From a virus: a stretch of DNA of 64,000 nt. Below are positions 37,510 to 45,973 of the stretch, piece by piece. The notes beneath the pieces were generated by a model. The model was not told where the DNA came from, made no database searches, and saw only the letters and a list, made by a program, of their open reading frames with translations. Where the stretch lies: IMG/VR virus record IMGVR_UViG_3300035180_000254; one strand, given 5' to 3'. The position numbers and the translations under genes were made by a program. How positions within the stretch are numbered: position 1 is the stretch's first letter; every line of letters starts with the position of its first letter.

Positions 37510-37635
37510 TTACGGAGTCTGTCGAATCGTGATCTGGAGGTGGGGCATGGTGATGTGGATCGTCTTGCCTTCTTCCGTGATGACCACACCAGGGCGGTCT
37601 GCCAGCAGCCTGGGTGCGTATTCCACACCAACCAT
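37510..37635 (-). CDS. small hypothetical protein (41 aa, below the track threshold)
   Basis: MVGVEYAPRLLADRPGVVITEEGKTIHITMPHLQITIRQTP, with GC-rich third positions. It fills the gap between two genes. Confidence 0.35.
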   Translation of the reverse strand: MVGVEYAPRLLADRPGVVITEEGKTIHITMPHLQITIRQTP

Positions 37636-37653
37636 CGGCACGTCCAGGTTCTT

Positions 37654-37881
37654 TCACTGGTAGGCCCACCGGGCGCGTGAGCCACCTTCTTGGGCCGACG
37701 GAACTCGGGTGACGAGCGCCCTGCGCCACATTAGCCCAAGGTAGTCAGAGACGCGGTTTGCGGTAGCCGCATGCTCCCTCACATCAGGCAGATCGAACAG
37801 CTCATTGCAGTCCATCGCCCGGCCACTCTCACGGAGAGCTATCTCCAGGGCTTGAAGAAGCCCCTTCTCAGAATGTCTCAT
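37654..37881 (-). CDS. small DNA-binding-like protein (winged-helix-like)
   Basis: 75-aa ORF preceded by a perfect palindrome. The fold guess is based on size and composition only. Confidence 0.5.
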   Translation of the reverse strand: MRHSEKGLLQALEIALRESGRAMDCNELFDLPDVREHAATANRVSDYLGLMWRRALVTRVPSAQEGGSRARWAYQ

Positions 37882-37892
37882 TTCTTTCTTCT

Positions 37893-37907
37893 ATCGAATC
37901 ATTCGAT
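37893..37907. promoter_or_regulatory. perfect 7-1-7 palindrome ATCGAAT-C-ATTCGAT (operator candidate)
   Basis: Read directly in the sequence, 12 nt upstream of the ATG at 37881. Confidence 0.5.
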
Positions 37908-37908
37908 T

Positions 37909-38064
37909 CTAATCTCTATACGCGTCGAAACGTCGAGATGGACGTGTAACACGCTTACCCTCACGGGCGCGGCGAGCCATGTAGTAGAGGAGCAGCGAGG
38001 TCGAGACGGTCTGGTACACCGCTCGCAAAACCCGCGCTGTCGTAAACAGAGTGGTGAAGTTCAT
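37909..38064 (-). CDS. small membrane protein (51 aa)
   Basis: ATGA-coupled to the upstream nuclease gene. Hydrophobic LRAVYQTVSTSLLLYYM followed by a basic tail. Confidence 0.4.
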   Translation of the reverse strand: MNFTTLFTTARVLRAVYQTVSTSLLLYYMARRAREGKRVTRPSRRFDAYRD

Positions 38065-38456
38065 TGCACAAGCCTTTGGATGATCGCCGCCAGCTCCTTG
38101 CGCGTTTTGTGAAGACGCAGGAAGTCGACGGCTGTAAACGTGTCGTCCCAATCTTCATTGGGCAACCACACACCACCGTCCTTGTGGCCGACGATCACAC
38201 CTACGAAACGGCCCTCAGCGTGTCGACCCTTCAGCCACTCCTGTTGGAGCTTCGAGAGGTCGATCTTGATAACCGTGTCCACGCGCTTGGGCATGGTGAT
38301 GAACTTGTACTCCACCCAGAGATCAGCACCGGCACCGGAGTACCACACATCAGGCACACCACCCAGGTAGGGATTATTGTTTTTCATGTGATACACCGTG
38401 CTGGGCAGGTGCTTGTTCACGCTGTTCGTGAACGTGGTCTCTGGCTTGGCGCTCAT
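38061..38456 (-). CDS. PD-(D/E)XK nuclease (VRR-NUC-like)
   Basis: GGVPDVWY...DLWVEYK matches the D...(D/E)xK arrangement. 131 aa. Confidence 0.6.
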   Translation of the reverse strand: MSAKPETTFTNSVNKHLPSTVYHMKNNNPYLGGVPDVWYSGAGADLWVEYKFITMPKRVDTVIKIDLSKLQQEWLKGRHAEGRFVGVIVGHKDGGVWLPNEDWDDTFTAVDFLRLHKTRKELAAIIQRLVQ

Positions 38457-38755
38457 CCGCGCTTCTTCGAGGGCACGACCTTCTTGGCGGCTTCGTCGTC
38501 CAACAGGCGTTTCTCCACCAGGCGCGTGTAGCCGATGATGTCGGTCCAGCTGTCGATATAGTTCACATCGCCGTTCAGGACGCGCCCGATTTTGTGCTGC
38601 ACCATCTCCAGTGCTTCCTTCTGGTCAGCAGTCAGCTCGGCCCACTTGGGCGAGGCGTGCATGACGGCCTTCAGGTCCTGGGTGATCTGAGCGTGGCCGA
38701 CGAATGCACCATAGCGCGTGCCACGTTCTTCGAGGGTGTTGTCGATGGTGCTCAT
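38453..38755 (-). CDS. hypothetical protein
   Basis: 100-aa ORF, coupled to its neighbours. Confidence 0.65.
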   Translation of the reverse strand: MSTIDNTLEERGTRYGAFVGHAQITQDLKAVMHASPKWAELTADQKEALEMVQHKIGRVLNGDVNYIDSWTDIIGYTRLVEKRLLDDEAAKKVVPSKKRG

Positions 38756-39126
38756 GCCTTCTGCACCTCATTAATGTAGTCGAAGAACTCGACCAGGGCG
38801 TGGCGGTTCTTGAAGCGGAAGCCGTCTTTGCCGTCGTTACTCGACACGGCCTCGACGCCTTCGCCTTCCAGGAACAGGACGAACATGTCGTCGACACGCT
38901 CCATGCCCACGTTGATGTGGTTGCCCTTGCCTTCGACGACGGTCGGGCCGACTTCCATGTTCGCACCGCCTTCACGGCGGGCAATGTATGCGGGGCAGTT
39001 GCAGGCATCGGGGGCTGAACCTTCGCGCTCGGCTTCAGCACGCTTCAGTGCTTCCTGGATGAAGTCGCCCAGAGACTTCGCCGGGTTTGTGGGTTTGGCC
39101 TGCTCGGCCTTTTCTTTTTCAGTCAT
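38752..39126 (-). CDS. hypothetical protein
   Basis: 124-aa ORF. Confidence 0.65.
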   Translation of the reverse strand: MTEKEKAEQAKPTNPAKSLGDFIQEALKRAEAEREGSAPDACNCPAYIARREGGANMEVGPTVVEGKGNHINVGMERVDDMFVLFLEGEGVEAVSSNDGKDGFRFKNRHALVEFFDYINEVQKA

Positions 39127-39674
39127 GTCTTCGCCTTGGTTTTCAAGAACAGGGCCTTGTGAATTGCGCTCACCGTCTGGGCCTGCTGATATGCGTCAGA
39201 CAACGCGTTGTGCTTGACTCCCAAAGGCGGGACACGAATGTCCTTAGCTCCGGGCAAATTCTTGTAGGTGCGGAAGCAGCGAGAGTTCCAGAACTTCCAC
39301 GGAATCTCAATGCCTTGCTGTGTGTACGCATGTGCCAGCATGGGCAGATCAAAGTCCGCGCCGTTGGACCACATCTCGTACTTGTCGGTGCCGATCCAGT
39401 CGCTGAACTCGACCAGGCCAGCGCCAAGGGTTTCCTTGGCTTCATGGAAGACCGCCTGTGCTGCGACGTCTTGCTTCATCCACCAGATCAGCGTGTCCTC
39501 GCTGATGCGTCGCTTCCACTCCAGGTTCGACTCGATAGAGATCGAACGGTAGAAGCCGTCGTTGTCGATCTCGCCGGTAGCGAGGTCAAACTTCACAGCG
39601 CCAATCGACAGAATAACTGCGTCGGCGGTAGTGCCTAAAGTTTCGAGATCACACATCACGTGCTTCATGCACAA
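39123..39674 (-). CDS. DnaQ-like 3'-5' exonuclease
   Basis: Exo I CDLETLG, Exo II NGADFDLPML, Exo III HNALSDA. Confidence 0.8.
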   Translation of the reverse strand: MCMKHVMCDLETLGTTADAVILSIGAVKFDLATGEIDNDGFYRSISIESNLEWKRRISEDTLIWWMKQDVAAQAVFHEAKETLGAGLVEFSDWIGTDKYEMWSNGADFDLPMLAHAYTQQGIEIPWKFWNSRCFRTYKNLPGAKDIRVPPLGVKHNALSDAYQQAQTVSAIHKALFLKTKAKT

Positions 39675-39784
39675 CTCCCTTGTTCGGTTAATTGACGATC
39701 TGCTTTAGAGCGCAGATCGGACGCGAATAGTACGAGGGGTTACGGATAAACCCTATAGCCCGTTCGGACTATTCGCGGCATCAC

Positions 39785-40072
39785 TTACGCAGCGACGGGT
39801 TCGAGAGCGGCCAACTTGGCGTTGATCTTCTCGGTGCCCTTGGCGGCAGCAGCAGCAGCCTTCTCAGCCTTGGCGGCAGCCAGGGCGTGTGCCTTCTGGG
39901 CCACAGCCACGGCCTTGTCAGCTTCCTTCTTGGCAGCAGCCAGTGCCTTAGCGGCGCTGGCCACGGCTTCGTTGTGGGGCTTCAGAGCTTCCTTCTGGGC
40001 CTTCAGCAGGTCTTGCAGACCCTTCTTGGCGGTCTTGACTTCAGCGGGGGTGAGAGCGGGTTTCTTAGCCAT
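39785..40072 (-). CDS. Ala/Lys-rich coiled-coil protein (histone H1-like composition)
   Basis: AAGGAG RBS before the ATG at 40072. The sequence is mostly A/K/E (KALAAAKKEADKAVAVAQKAHALAAAKAEKAAAAAAKG). Confidence 0.6.
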   Translation of the reverse strand: MAKKPALTPAEVKTAKKGLQDLLKAQKEALKPHNEAVASAAKALAAAKKEADKAVAVAQKAHALAAAKAEKAAAAAAKGTEKINAKLAALEPVAA

Positions 40073-40286
40073 TGAATTTCTCCTTGAGTTGGCTTGCATA
40101 CGCAATTTCATTGAGCCGGACGGCCCGTGATATGAGTCGGTTTAGGACGGACTCTCTCCTTTGTGAGCCTGCCTCCAGTTGGAGACAGGCCAGCACTTCT
40201 TCCTCGGTCAACTTGTCCAGCACGGCGACGAGCGCGCCGTACGAACGAAGCGCCTCAGCGATCTTGTACTTGCTGACTCTGGTCAT
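40065..40286 (-). CDS. hypothetical protein
   Basis: 73-aa ORF overlapping the next start by 8 nt. Confidence 0.6.
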   Translation of the reverse strand: MTRVSKYKIAEALRSYGALVAVLDKLTEEEVLACLQLEAGSQRRESVLNRLISRAVRLNEIAYASQLKEKFNG

Positions 40287-40289
40287 GTT

Positions 40290-41078
40290 TTAGCGGCGAG
40301 CGGGAGCTGCGCGACCCTTGGCACCCTTGGGCTTGGGGGTCTCGTAGCCGGACACGTCGGGTTCCTGATTCAGCAGGGCGCGAGCTTCTTCCTGGCGACC
40401 GAAGTGGACTTCCAGGTCTTCGTTGGGCTTCGCGTCGGTGAAGGTCAGCTTGGGGTAGTCTTCGCCATCGTCGAAGCCCACAGTGACCACAACACCCACG
40501 GGCGGCACTTGGAACGTGCGGCTGGTGCTCTGCACGAAGCCGTCGAAGCTCTTCAGGCCGGTGGGCGACACTTTCAGCAGGTAGATCGGTGCGTCGGCGT
40601 CGGAGCCGGGTTCCACCACAGCCAGCAGGCGGGTGTTGGAGCAGGCCTTGCCCTTGCCCTTGGAGCCGAAGGCGTTCATGGGGCAGCTGGCGCAGTCGTC
40701 GCACTGCTGCTGGGGGCTGTTACCCGAGGGAATCAGCTTGGTCGGGATGGTGCCGATGGCGAAGCATGCCGGAGGCACGATGTTATCCTTGTCGAAATCA
40801 GCTTCGTAGAACTCGTTGCGAGCCACGAAGTCGATCACGACCATCTCGACGGGGCCGTCGTCTTTACGGCCGTCAGGGAACGCGAACTTCTTGCCGGCGG
40901 TGCGGATGCTGATGCCGGAGGCGGGCGCAGTGCGCTCGTTCATGGCAGCAGCTTGAGCAGCCAGCTGAGCGCGGATGTCGACGACAGCGCCGCTAGTCTT
41001 TTTCAGAGCTACGGCGTTGGTGCCAGCCTTTGCAGACTTGGCGGGTGCAGCGGGCGCTGCCTTTTTTGCGGTGGCCAT
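40290..41078 (-). CDS. ssDNA-binding-like protein (putative)
   Basis: 262 aa with Ala/Lys-rich termini and a central Cys cluster (CDDCASCP...ACSN). The call rests on size and position in the replication block only. Confidence 0.35.
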   Translation of the reverse strand: MATAKKAAPAAPAKSAKAGTNAVALKKTSGAVVDIRAQLAAQAAAMNERTAPASGISIRTAGKKFAFPDGRKDDGPVEMVVIDFVARNEFYEADFDKDNIVPPACFAIGTIPTKLIPSGNSPQQQCDDCASCPMNAFGSKGKGKACSNTRLLAVVEPGSDADAPIYLLKVSPTGLKSFDGFVQSTSRTFQVPPVGVVVTVGFDDGEDYPKLTFTDAKPNEDLEVHFGRQEEARALLNQEPDVSGYETPKPKGAKGRAAPARR

Positions 41079-41087
41079 GTTGGCTCC

Positions 41088-41498
41088 TTAAGTTGTGGAA
41101 CGGAGATTGATGCGCTTCTTGGTGAAGGGGACAACACCAGGAACTTTCTTCCCCTGCTCCAGCAACTCGCGGTAGCTGGGGTCGGAGACACGACGCTGGA
41201 GCAAGTGCCAGAACTTGTTCTTTGCGATGTAGGGGTAGAACGCGTCCCAGTCCTGCACGTCGGCAGTGACAGAGGACGTGATGGACACGGAGGCCTTGGT
41301 GCCGGTGGCCTTTTCCAGGCCTTCCTTGCCCAGGCGCTCCATGAGCTTTTCTTCGATCTCTTTGGCCTTTTCCTCGACCTCTTTGATCTGAGTTTCCAGG
41401 GCGCGCTTCTGTTCGCGGTAGCCCCAGAGCTGGTCGATGGTTGCGCCCACCGCGAGTTCGCGGACCTTGGGCATTGCGGTCTTTGTGGCTGTTGCCAT
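41088..41498 (-). CDS. hypothetical protein
   Basis: GGAG RBS before the ATG at 41498. Coiled-coil middle region. Confidence 0.6.
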   Translation of the reverse strand: MATATKTAMPKVRELAVGATIDQLWGYREQKRALETQIKEVEEKAKEIEEKLMERLGKEGLEKATGTKASVSITSSVTADVQDWDAFYPYIAKNKFWHLLQRRVSDPSYRELLEQGKKVPGVVPFTKKRINLRSTT

Positions 41499-41552
41499 AC
41501 TTTTCTCCATAGGTGAATTATTACACAATCTTTGACAGATCTGAAAAAGATT

Positions 41553-42335
41553 TCAGACGACGTAGCTCAGGCCAGCACGACCTTCGTACTTGTTGCGCTC
41601 CTTAGGCACGCCGATCTCAGCAAGTTCTTTCTTGACTGCCCCACCTGTCAGGTAAGCAGTCTTGAGGAACACGTCATCGTTCTTCAGAGCCCAGGGGTTC
41701 TCCAGCAGCTGCTTGAACTGCGACTGCTCCAGCGGTCTGCCCTGATGAATGCGGTCACGAAGCATCAGTGCCAGCAGATGCTCATCGTCCCGGCGCGCGG
41801 TTCGGAATGGCGCATGTGCTTGCCGCAACCGCGTCACTGCGTCGCGGTACTCACGGAACGGGCCGAGGAGCTTCCTGATCTCAGCTGCGCGTTTCTTGTC
41901 CAGCACGTACCGTTCATGCCGGTGCACGAGGTCCGTGTCCACCATCCACTTTCCGTTCTTCGGCCGGAACTCCAGCACGCCCTTCTTGGGTACGTACCAG
42001 TTACCGTCTTGCTCGACGTACATGTCGCCTTTATGACTACGCGCGTTGATTCCGAGCGGCAGATAGCAGCTGGCGAAGTTGATCGTGCTTATGCTGTCGT
42101 AGAAACGGATCGTGATCAAGTCTTTGTACCAAGTCACCACATCAGTCCGGTGGTAACGAAAGTCAAAGACGCCATCCCGGTTACGCACGACCTTGGTGGT
42201 ATCACGCTTGTTCTTCAAACCGCGCCAGCCGTCCAGAGAGGACAGCGGTGCATCCTCCCAGACCTTCTTCGCGGCTTCATACGTGTGAGCGTGGGGGATA
42301 CCCCGTCCATCAAATGCAAACATTGACTTCTCCAT
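41553..42335 (-). CDS. hypothetical protein
   Basis: 260-aa ORF. Confidence 0.65.
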   Translation of the reverse strand: MEKSMFAFDGRGIPHAHTYEAAKKVWEDAPLSSLDGWRGLKNKRDTTKVVRNRDGVFDFRYHRTDVVTWYKDLITIRFYDSISTINFASCYLPLGINARSHKGDMYVEQDGNWYVPKKGVLEFRPKNGKWMVDTDLVHRHERYVLDKKRAAEIRKLLGPFREYRDAVTRLRQAHAPFRTARRDDEHLLALMLRDRIHQGRPLEQSQFKQLLENPWALKNDDVFLKTAYLTGGAVKKELAEIGVPKERNKYEGRAGLSYVV

Positions 42336-42416
42336 GTAGGGTGGACTACTCGCTGCGTCGCCTTAAACGCCAGAGCGTTTAGGCTCTAACGTAGCGCATC
42401 CGCTTTCGTCCGTAAA

Positions 42417-42974
42417 CTATTTGCCGGTAAGGTGTTTCCACGTCTTACCGTTCTTTATGTTTTGGACCGACGACTGAGTCAGCCCATAGGCGTTAGCAAT
42501 GACGCGAGTCAGCCTTATGTCGTCGAGAATCGCCATCACTTGCTGTTCGTTGAGCTTGGCCGAAAGATTGGCCTCGCCCTTAGCACCGTATGCACGGCCT
42601 TTTTCTCGGAGGTCGCGCATGTTGTCTTGATGCGTGCCGAGTCGTAGATGCTCAGGATTCACGCACCCTGGGTTGTCGCACTTGTGCAGAACGTGCATGC
42701 CTCTCGGAATTGGCCCATTGTGCATAACCCATGACCCACGGTGAGCATTTTTCTCGCCGTGGGCGGTCCATATCCCATACCCGCAAGTTACTGTTGCCCC
42801 GATCCATAACCAGCAGTTGGTTATTGAGTCGACCTGGTAACGTTCGCGGAACGGTACTCCGCGCAAGTTCGCTGATTTAAGCGGGTCGCCATATTTCATA
42901 AACGCGCGGTAGTGTTTTTTACAGTACCCGCGACCGACCGACGGCTCGCCGCAAACAGAGCAGGGTGTACGCAT
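42417..42974 (-). CDS. HNH homing endonuclease
   Basis: HVLHKCDNPGCVNPEHLRLGTHQDNMRD (HNH_3 type) plus a C-terminal helix-turn-helix-like tail. Own AAAGGAG RBS and an upstream TATAAT. Sits directly downstream of the polymerase gene. Confidence 0.8.
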   Translation of the reverse strand: MRTPCSVCGEPSVGRGYCKKHYRAFMKYGDPLKSANLRGVPFRERYQVDSITNCWLWIGATVTCGYGIWTAHGEKNAHRGSWVMHNGPIPRGMHVLHKCDNPGCVNPEHLRLGTHQDNMRDLREKGRAYGAKGEANLSAKLNEQQVMAILDDIRLTRVIANAYGLTQSSVQNIKNGKTWKHLTGK

Positions 42975-43012
42975 GTGAACTCCTTTAATGTTCCTCTATT
43001 ATATAGTAACGA

Positions 43013-45973
43013 TTATTTACTATAGTTAGAGGCATGCCCTCCTTCGCATGCGAGCGGGATGTCGGGGCACCAGCTGGGCGCTGTGCTCATGACCTTGGTC
43101 ATCAGCGCGAAGCACTGCTTGGCCTGAGCGGTCTTGGGCAGCGCCACAGCTTCGTCGTGTGTGGTCATGACGATGCGGTACTTCTTGCGAATCTGCAGCA
43201 TCTGCCAGGCCACGATGATTCGCGCCAGGGCCTGCACGATGTTCTCGCACAGCAGCCCGCCGTAAATCTTCTTGCGCATGTCGCCGGACTTGTAGGACCA
43301 CTCGTCCCAGCCCTTGTCACTGACGGCCTTGCGCAGCTCGGGGTACTTGAGCGACATGCCGTTAGGGAGCCAGATGGTCTCCTTCTCCCATGTGATCGGG
43401 CCATGACGACCGGACCGGCCAGCGGCCATGTCTTCGATGATCTTGGCACAGATGTCCCAGCCGCCTTTGATCTTGTGATTCGTTCGGCGGTACGTGTTCA
43501 CGATCTGCACGCAGCGGTCCAGCTCGAAGAAGATCGGCGGGCCACCGAGGGCACCCTTGGCCAGGGTCATCTGGAACTTCGGTGCGCCCATCTGGAAACC
43601 AAGTCCGAGAACGCAGTTATGAACGATGACCGGGCCGTCATCAGACATGACTGTGAAACAATGGTTAGGCCCTGCGTTTGCGAGATCGTAAGTTTGCGTT
43701 GTCTGCTTCGAGATCACGAATGCGTTGTTCGAGGTCTTCGATTCGTCGCTTGTTTCCGGTGTTGACAGACTTAGTGGCGAATCTGACGTTGCCTGGGCAG
43801 TACCCGCTGTTGTTGTCGATTCGATCAAACTCAAGCTCAGGTACATCCCATCCAGGTAATGTCTGGACATACCGCAGAAACTCTGCTCCGTCGTTGCACC
43901 AGCCAGGATGAACTGCGATGCCGCGTCGCCCATAGTGCTTATACGAGGCATTGTTCGGGTTACTACAGCGCGCAATTGCTGATGACAAGCGGTTAAGCAG
44001 GCGAGTGCGATGCTCGTCATTCGGCATAGCATCCCTGTAGACCCAGTAGCGTTTTGCGCTTGCCGCAATTTTTGCGCAAGCGTTGCATCGCGTAGAGCGT
44101 CCTGCCTTAAGGCTGCTGACATAGACCATAGACTCGGCCCCGCAAGAGCACTGGCAGACAGGGCGATACCCCCACGGCTTGCCGTCTTTTGACGTGTAAT
44201 GCTCCCACCGTACGACGGTAAGTTCGCCGAACTTAGTGCCGACCGGAAAAGGGAACGGTCGGTAAGGACCTCTTGCCACTCCAGCCACCCACGTTCCGTC
44301 AGGATTTCGTGGTCCGGCGTGGCGGATATTCCCCGGTATGACAGGGTCGTCCTCACTCCTTGCTTTACTAGCCCATCGTGCGTTACCCATGATTTTCCAT
44401 CCCATAGCAAATCGTTAGATCGTATTTGGGGTATAGACTTAAGACCATGGTTTGTCAATACGATGGTGTCTGGTCCGAGGCAGACCTTGCCCACGAAGCG
44501 TTCGGTCTTGTCTTCCTTGGTGATCGGCCGGCCGTAGATCAGCGTGGCGAAGTTGCAGTAGGCGTCGCTACCGGTGCCAGCGTCAGCCGCACGGAACGCA
44601 GCCATGAGGTCATCCTGACCCCACAGCCAGCCGTTCACGCGGGCTTCGATCTGGCCGCTGTCCACCACGCACATCTGGTAGCCCTTGGGTGCCAGGATGG
44701 ACAGGCGCAGCTCACCACCACGGGTGAGGTTCTGCATGTTCATCTTGTTGTTGCCGCCCCACCGGCCCGTGTGAGCGCGGTAGTAGGCATAGCCCACCGG
44801 CAGACTCATGCCGTTGGCACCAGCCTTCAGGAAGCGTTCTGCGCGCGTAATATTCGTCGTGCTTTTAACCGCAAGACGAGCATCGACCAGCGAGCGGATA
44901 CGATCTTGCTTCGCCGAAATCTTAGGTATGTCCTTGACTTTGTTCGGGTCAAGCGCACCGCGCCAGAGGTCAATGTTCTCGGGGAGCGACGTGAACTCGG
45001 CGTCATCCTTTGCGAACGCGTACGACCATTTATCCTCTTCAGCGACAAGGGCCTTCTCCTCTTTGCTCAGCTTGATATACGCCTTGCTGGGCTTCATGGG
45101 CGGGTCGATGCCCTCGGCCCGCAGCAAGTCAGCGAACTTCTCGTTGGAGCCGATGACGCGCTTGATGATCAGCATGTCACGCTCCTCACCGGTCAGCGCG
45201 CGCTCAGCCGTAGTCTTGAGCACGGTTTTGTCGGCGTAGTAGGGCTTGGGGTCCAGCACTGCATAGAACTTGCGCTTGCGTTCGGCCACCTCGCGCTCGT
45301 ACTCTTTCTGCACGCGCGGGATGTCCACCTTCAGCACCGGGTCGCAGAACATGCGGATGGTCATGTCCACCAGGTCCAGCTCGTCGGCAGGGAACTTGGC
45401 GTGCATCTCCTTGAAGATGGCGTGCGTCAGGTCCACGTCTTGGGCGCAGTAGGGCGTCACCGCCTTGACCAGCTTCTGATCCCAGTCGCCCACGCCCTTA
45501 GTGGTCTCCAGCACGCCGTCGAGCTTGGAGCCCTTGCCGTAGAACTGGGCCACCTCGTCCAGGCTCGCACCAATTTCATTGCTGTGCAGGCCACGGGCCA
45601 TGCTCAGCGTGTCGTAGTACTGGAACGGGACGATCTTGTAGACGTGCGAGAGGATGAAGCCGTCGAAGGCCGTGTTGTGGCAGAGCAGGCTGTGCGTGGC
45701 CCAGTTAATGCTCTGCAACGCGGCCATGATGCGTAGCTGCCCGGTGTACACCTTGGTCGGTTTGTTGCCGATCTTGATGCCCACCATCTGTGCCTTGAAG
45801 CGCTTATCACGTACGTACTCAGACGTGCTGAGTTTGGACAGGGTGTAGTCGCTATCCCAATAGCTTTCGAAGTCAATAGTTACGAGGCGGTTCCAGTCAA
45901 CGATCCCAGGCGTGATGTCCGGGCGGTTAATGATCACCTGTGCCTTGCGGCGTATTGCGTCTCCCCATCCCAT
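43013..45973 (-). CDS. family A DNA polymerase with 3'-5' exonuclease domain, interrupted by an intein
   Basis: Exo I TIDFESY, Exo II HNTAFDGF, Exo III YCAQDVD. Pol motif A VVDSGQIEARV; motif B RFVGKV/CVLGLGFQMG, split by the insertion; motif C TTHDEAV. Probable start at 45973 (TGATG coupling); the track start is 46039. Confidence 0.85.
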   Translation of the reverse strand: MGWGDAIRRKAQVIINRPDITPGIVDWNRLVTIDFESYWDSDYTLSKLSTSEYVRDKRFKAQMVGIKIGNKPTKVYTGQLRIMAALQSINWATHSLLCHNTAFDGFILSHVYKIVPFQYYDTLSMARGLHSNEIGASLDEVAQFYGKGSKLDGVLETTKGVGDWDQKLVKAVTPYCAQDVDLTHAIFKEMHAKFPADELDLVDMTIRMFCDPVLKVDIPRVQKEYEREVAERKRKFYAVLDPKPYYADKTVLKTTAERALTGEERDMLIIKRVIGSNEKFADLLRAEGIDPPMKPSKAYIKLSKEEKALVAEEDKWSYAFAKDDAEFTSLPENIDLWRGALDPNKVKDIPKISAKQDRIRSLVDARLAVKSTTNITRAERFLKAGANGMSLPVGYAYYRAHTGRWGGNNKMNMQNLTRGGELRLSILAPKGYQMCVVDSGQIEARVNGWLWGQDDLMAAFRAADAGTGSDAYCNFATLIYGRPITKEDKTERFVGKVCLGPDTIVLTNHGLKSIPQIRSNDLLWDGKSWVTHDGLVKQGVRTTLSYRGISATPDHEILTERGWLEWQEVLTDRSLFRSALSSANLPSYGGSITRQKTASRGGIALSASALAGPSLWSMSAALRQDALRDATLAQKLRQAQNATGSTGMLCRMTSIALACLTACHQQLRAVVTRTMPRISTMGDAASQFILAGATTEQSFCGMSRHYLDGMYLSLSLIESTTTAGTAQATSDSPLSLSTPETSDESKTSNNAFVISKQTTQTYDLANAGPNHCFTVMSDDGPVIVHNCVLGLGFQMGAPKFQMTLAKGALGGPPIFFELDRCVQIVNTYRRTNHKIKGGWDICAKIIEDMAAGRSGRHGPITWEKETIWLPNGMSLKYPELRKAVSDKGWDEWSYKSGDMRKKIYGGLLCENIVQALARIIVAWQMLQIRKKYRIVMTTHDEAVALPKTAQAKQCFALMTKVMSTAPSWCPDIPLACEGGHASNYSK
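43616..44482 (-). mobile_element. intein (289 codons) in polymerase motif B
   Basis: Begins CLGPDTIVLT (Cys1 at 44482-44480) and has a TPDHEILT block B. Ends YDLANAGPNHCFTV...PVIVHN (Asn at 43618-43616), followed by Cys+1. Confidence 0.8.
43665..44405 (-). CDS. homing-endonuclease-like gene nested inside the intein in a different reading frame
   Basis: 246-aa ORF offset by 2 nt from the polymerase frame. Paralogous to 35660-36265: FGELTV, CQCSCG...CNAC, ARCSNPNNASYKHYGRRGI and DRIDNNSGY blocks. The true start may be internal; the conserved part begins near 44240. Confidence 0.7.
   Translation of the reverse strand: MGWKIMGNARWASKARSEDDPVIPGNIRHAGPRNPDGTWVAGVARGPYRPFPFPVGTKFGELTVVRWEHYTSKDGKPWGYRPVCQCSCGAESMVYVSSLKAGRSTRCNACAKIAASAKRYWVYRDAMPNDEHRTRLLNRLSSAIARCSNPNNASYKHYGRRGIAVHPGWCNDGAEFLRYVQTLPGWDVPELEFDRIDNNSGYCPGNVRFATKSVNTGNKRRIEDLEQRIRDLEADNANLRSRKRRA

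Noticed and set aside
40179-45736. Plus-strand ORFs at 40179-41516 (445 aa) and 44426-45736 (436 aa).
   Set aside because: They are antisense to the SSB-like and DNA polymerase genes, which carry clear motifs. Their composition is typical of spurious GC-rich ORFs.
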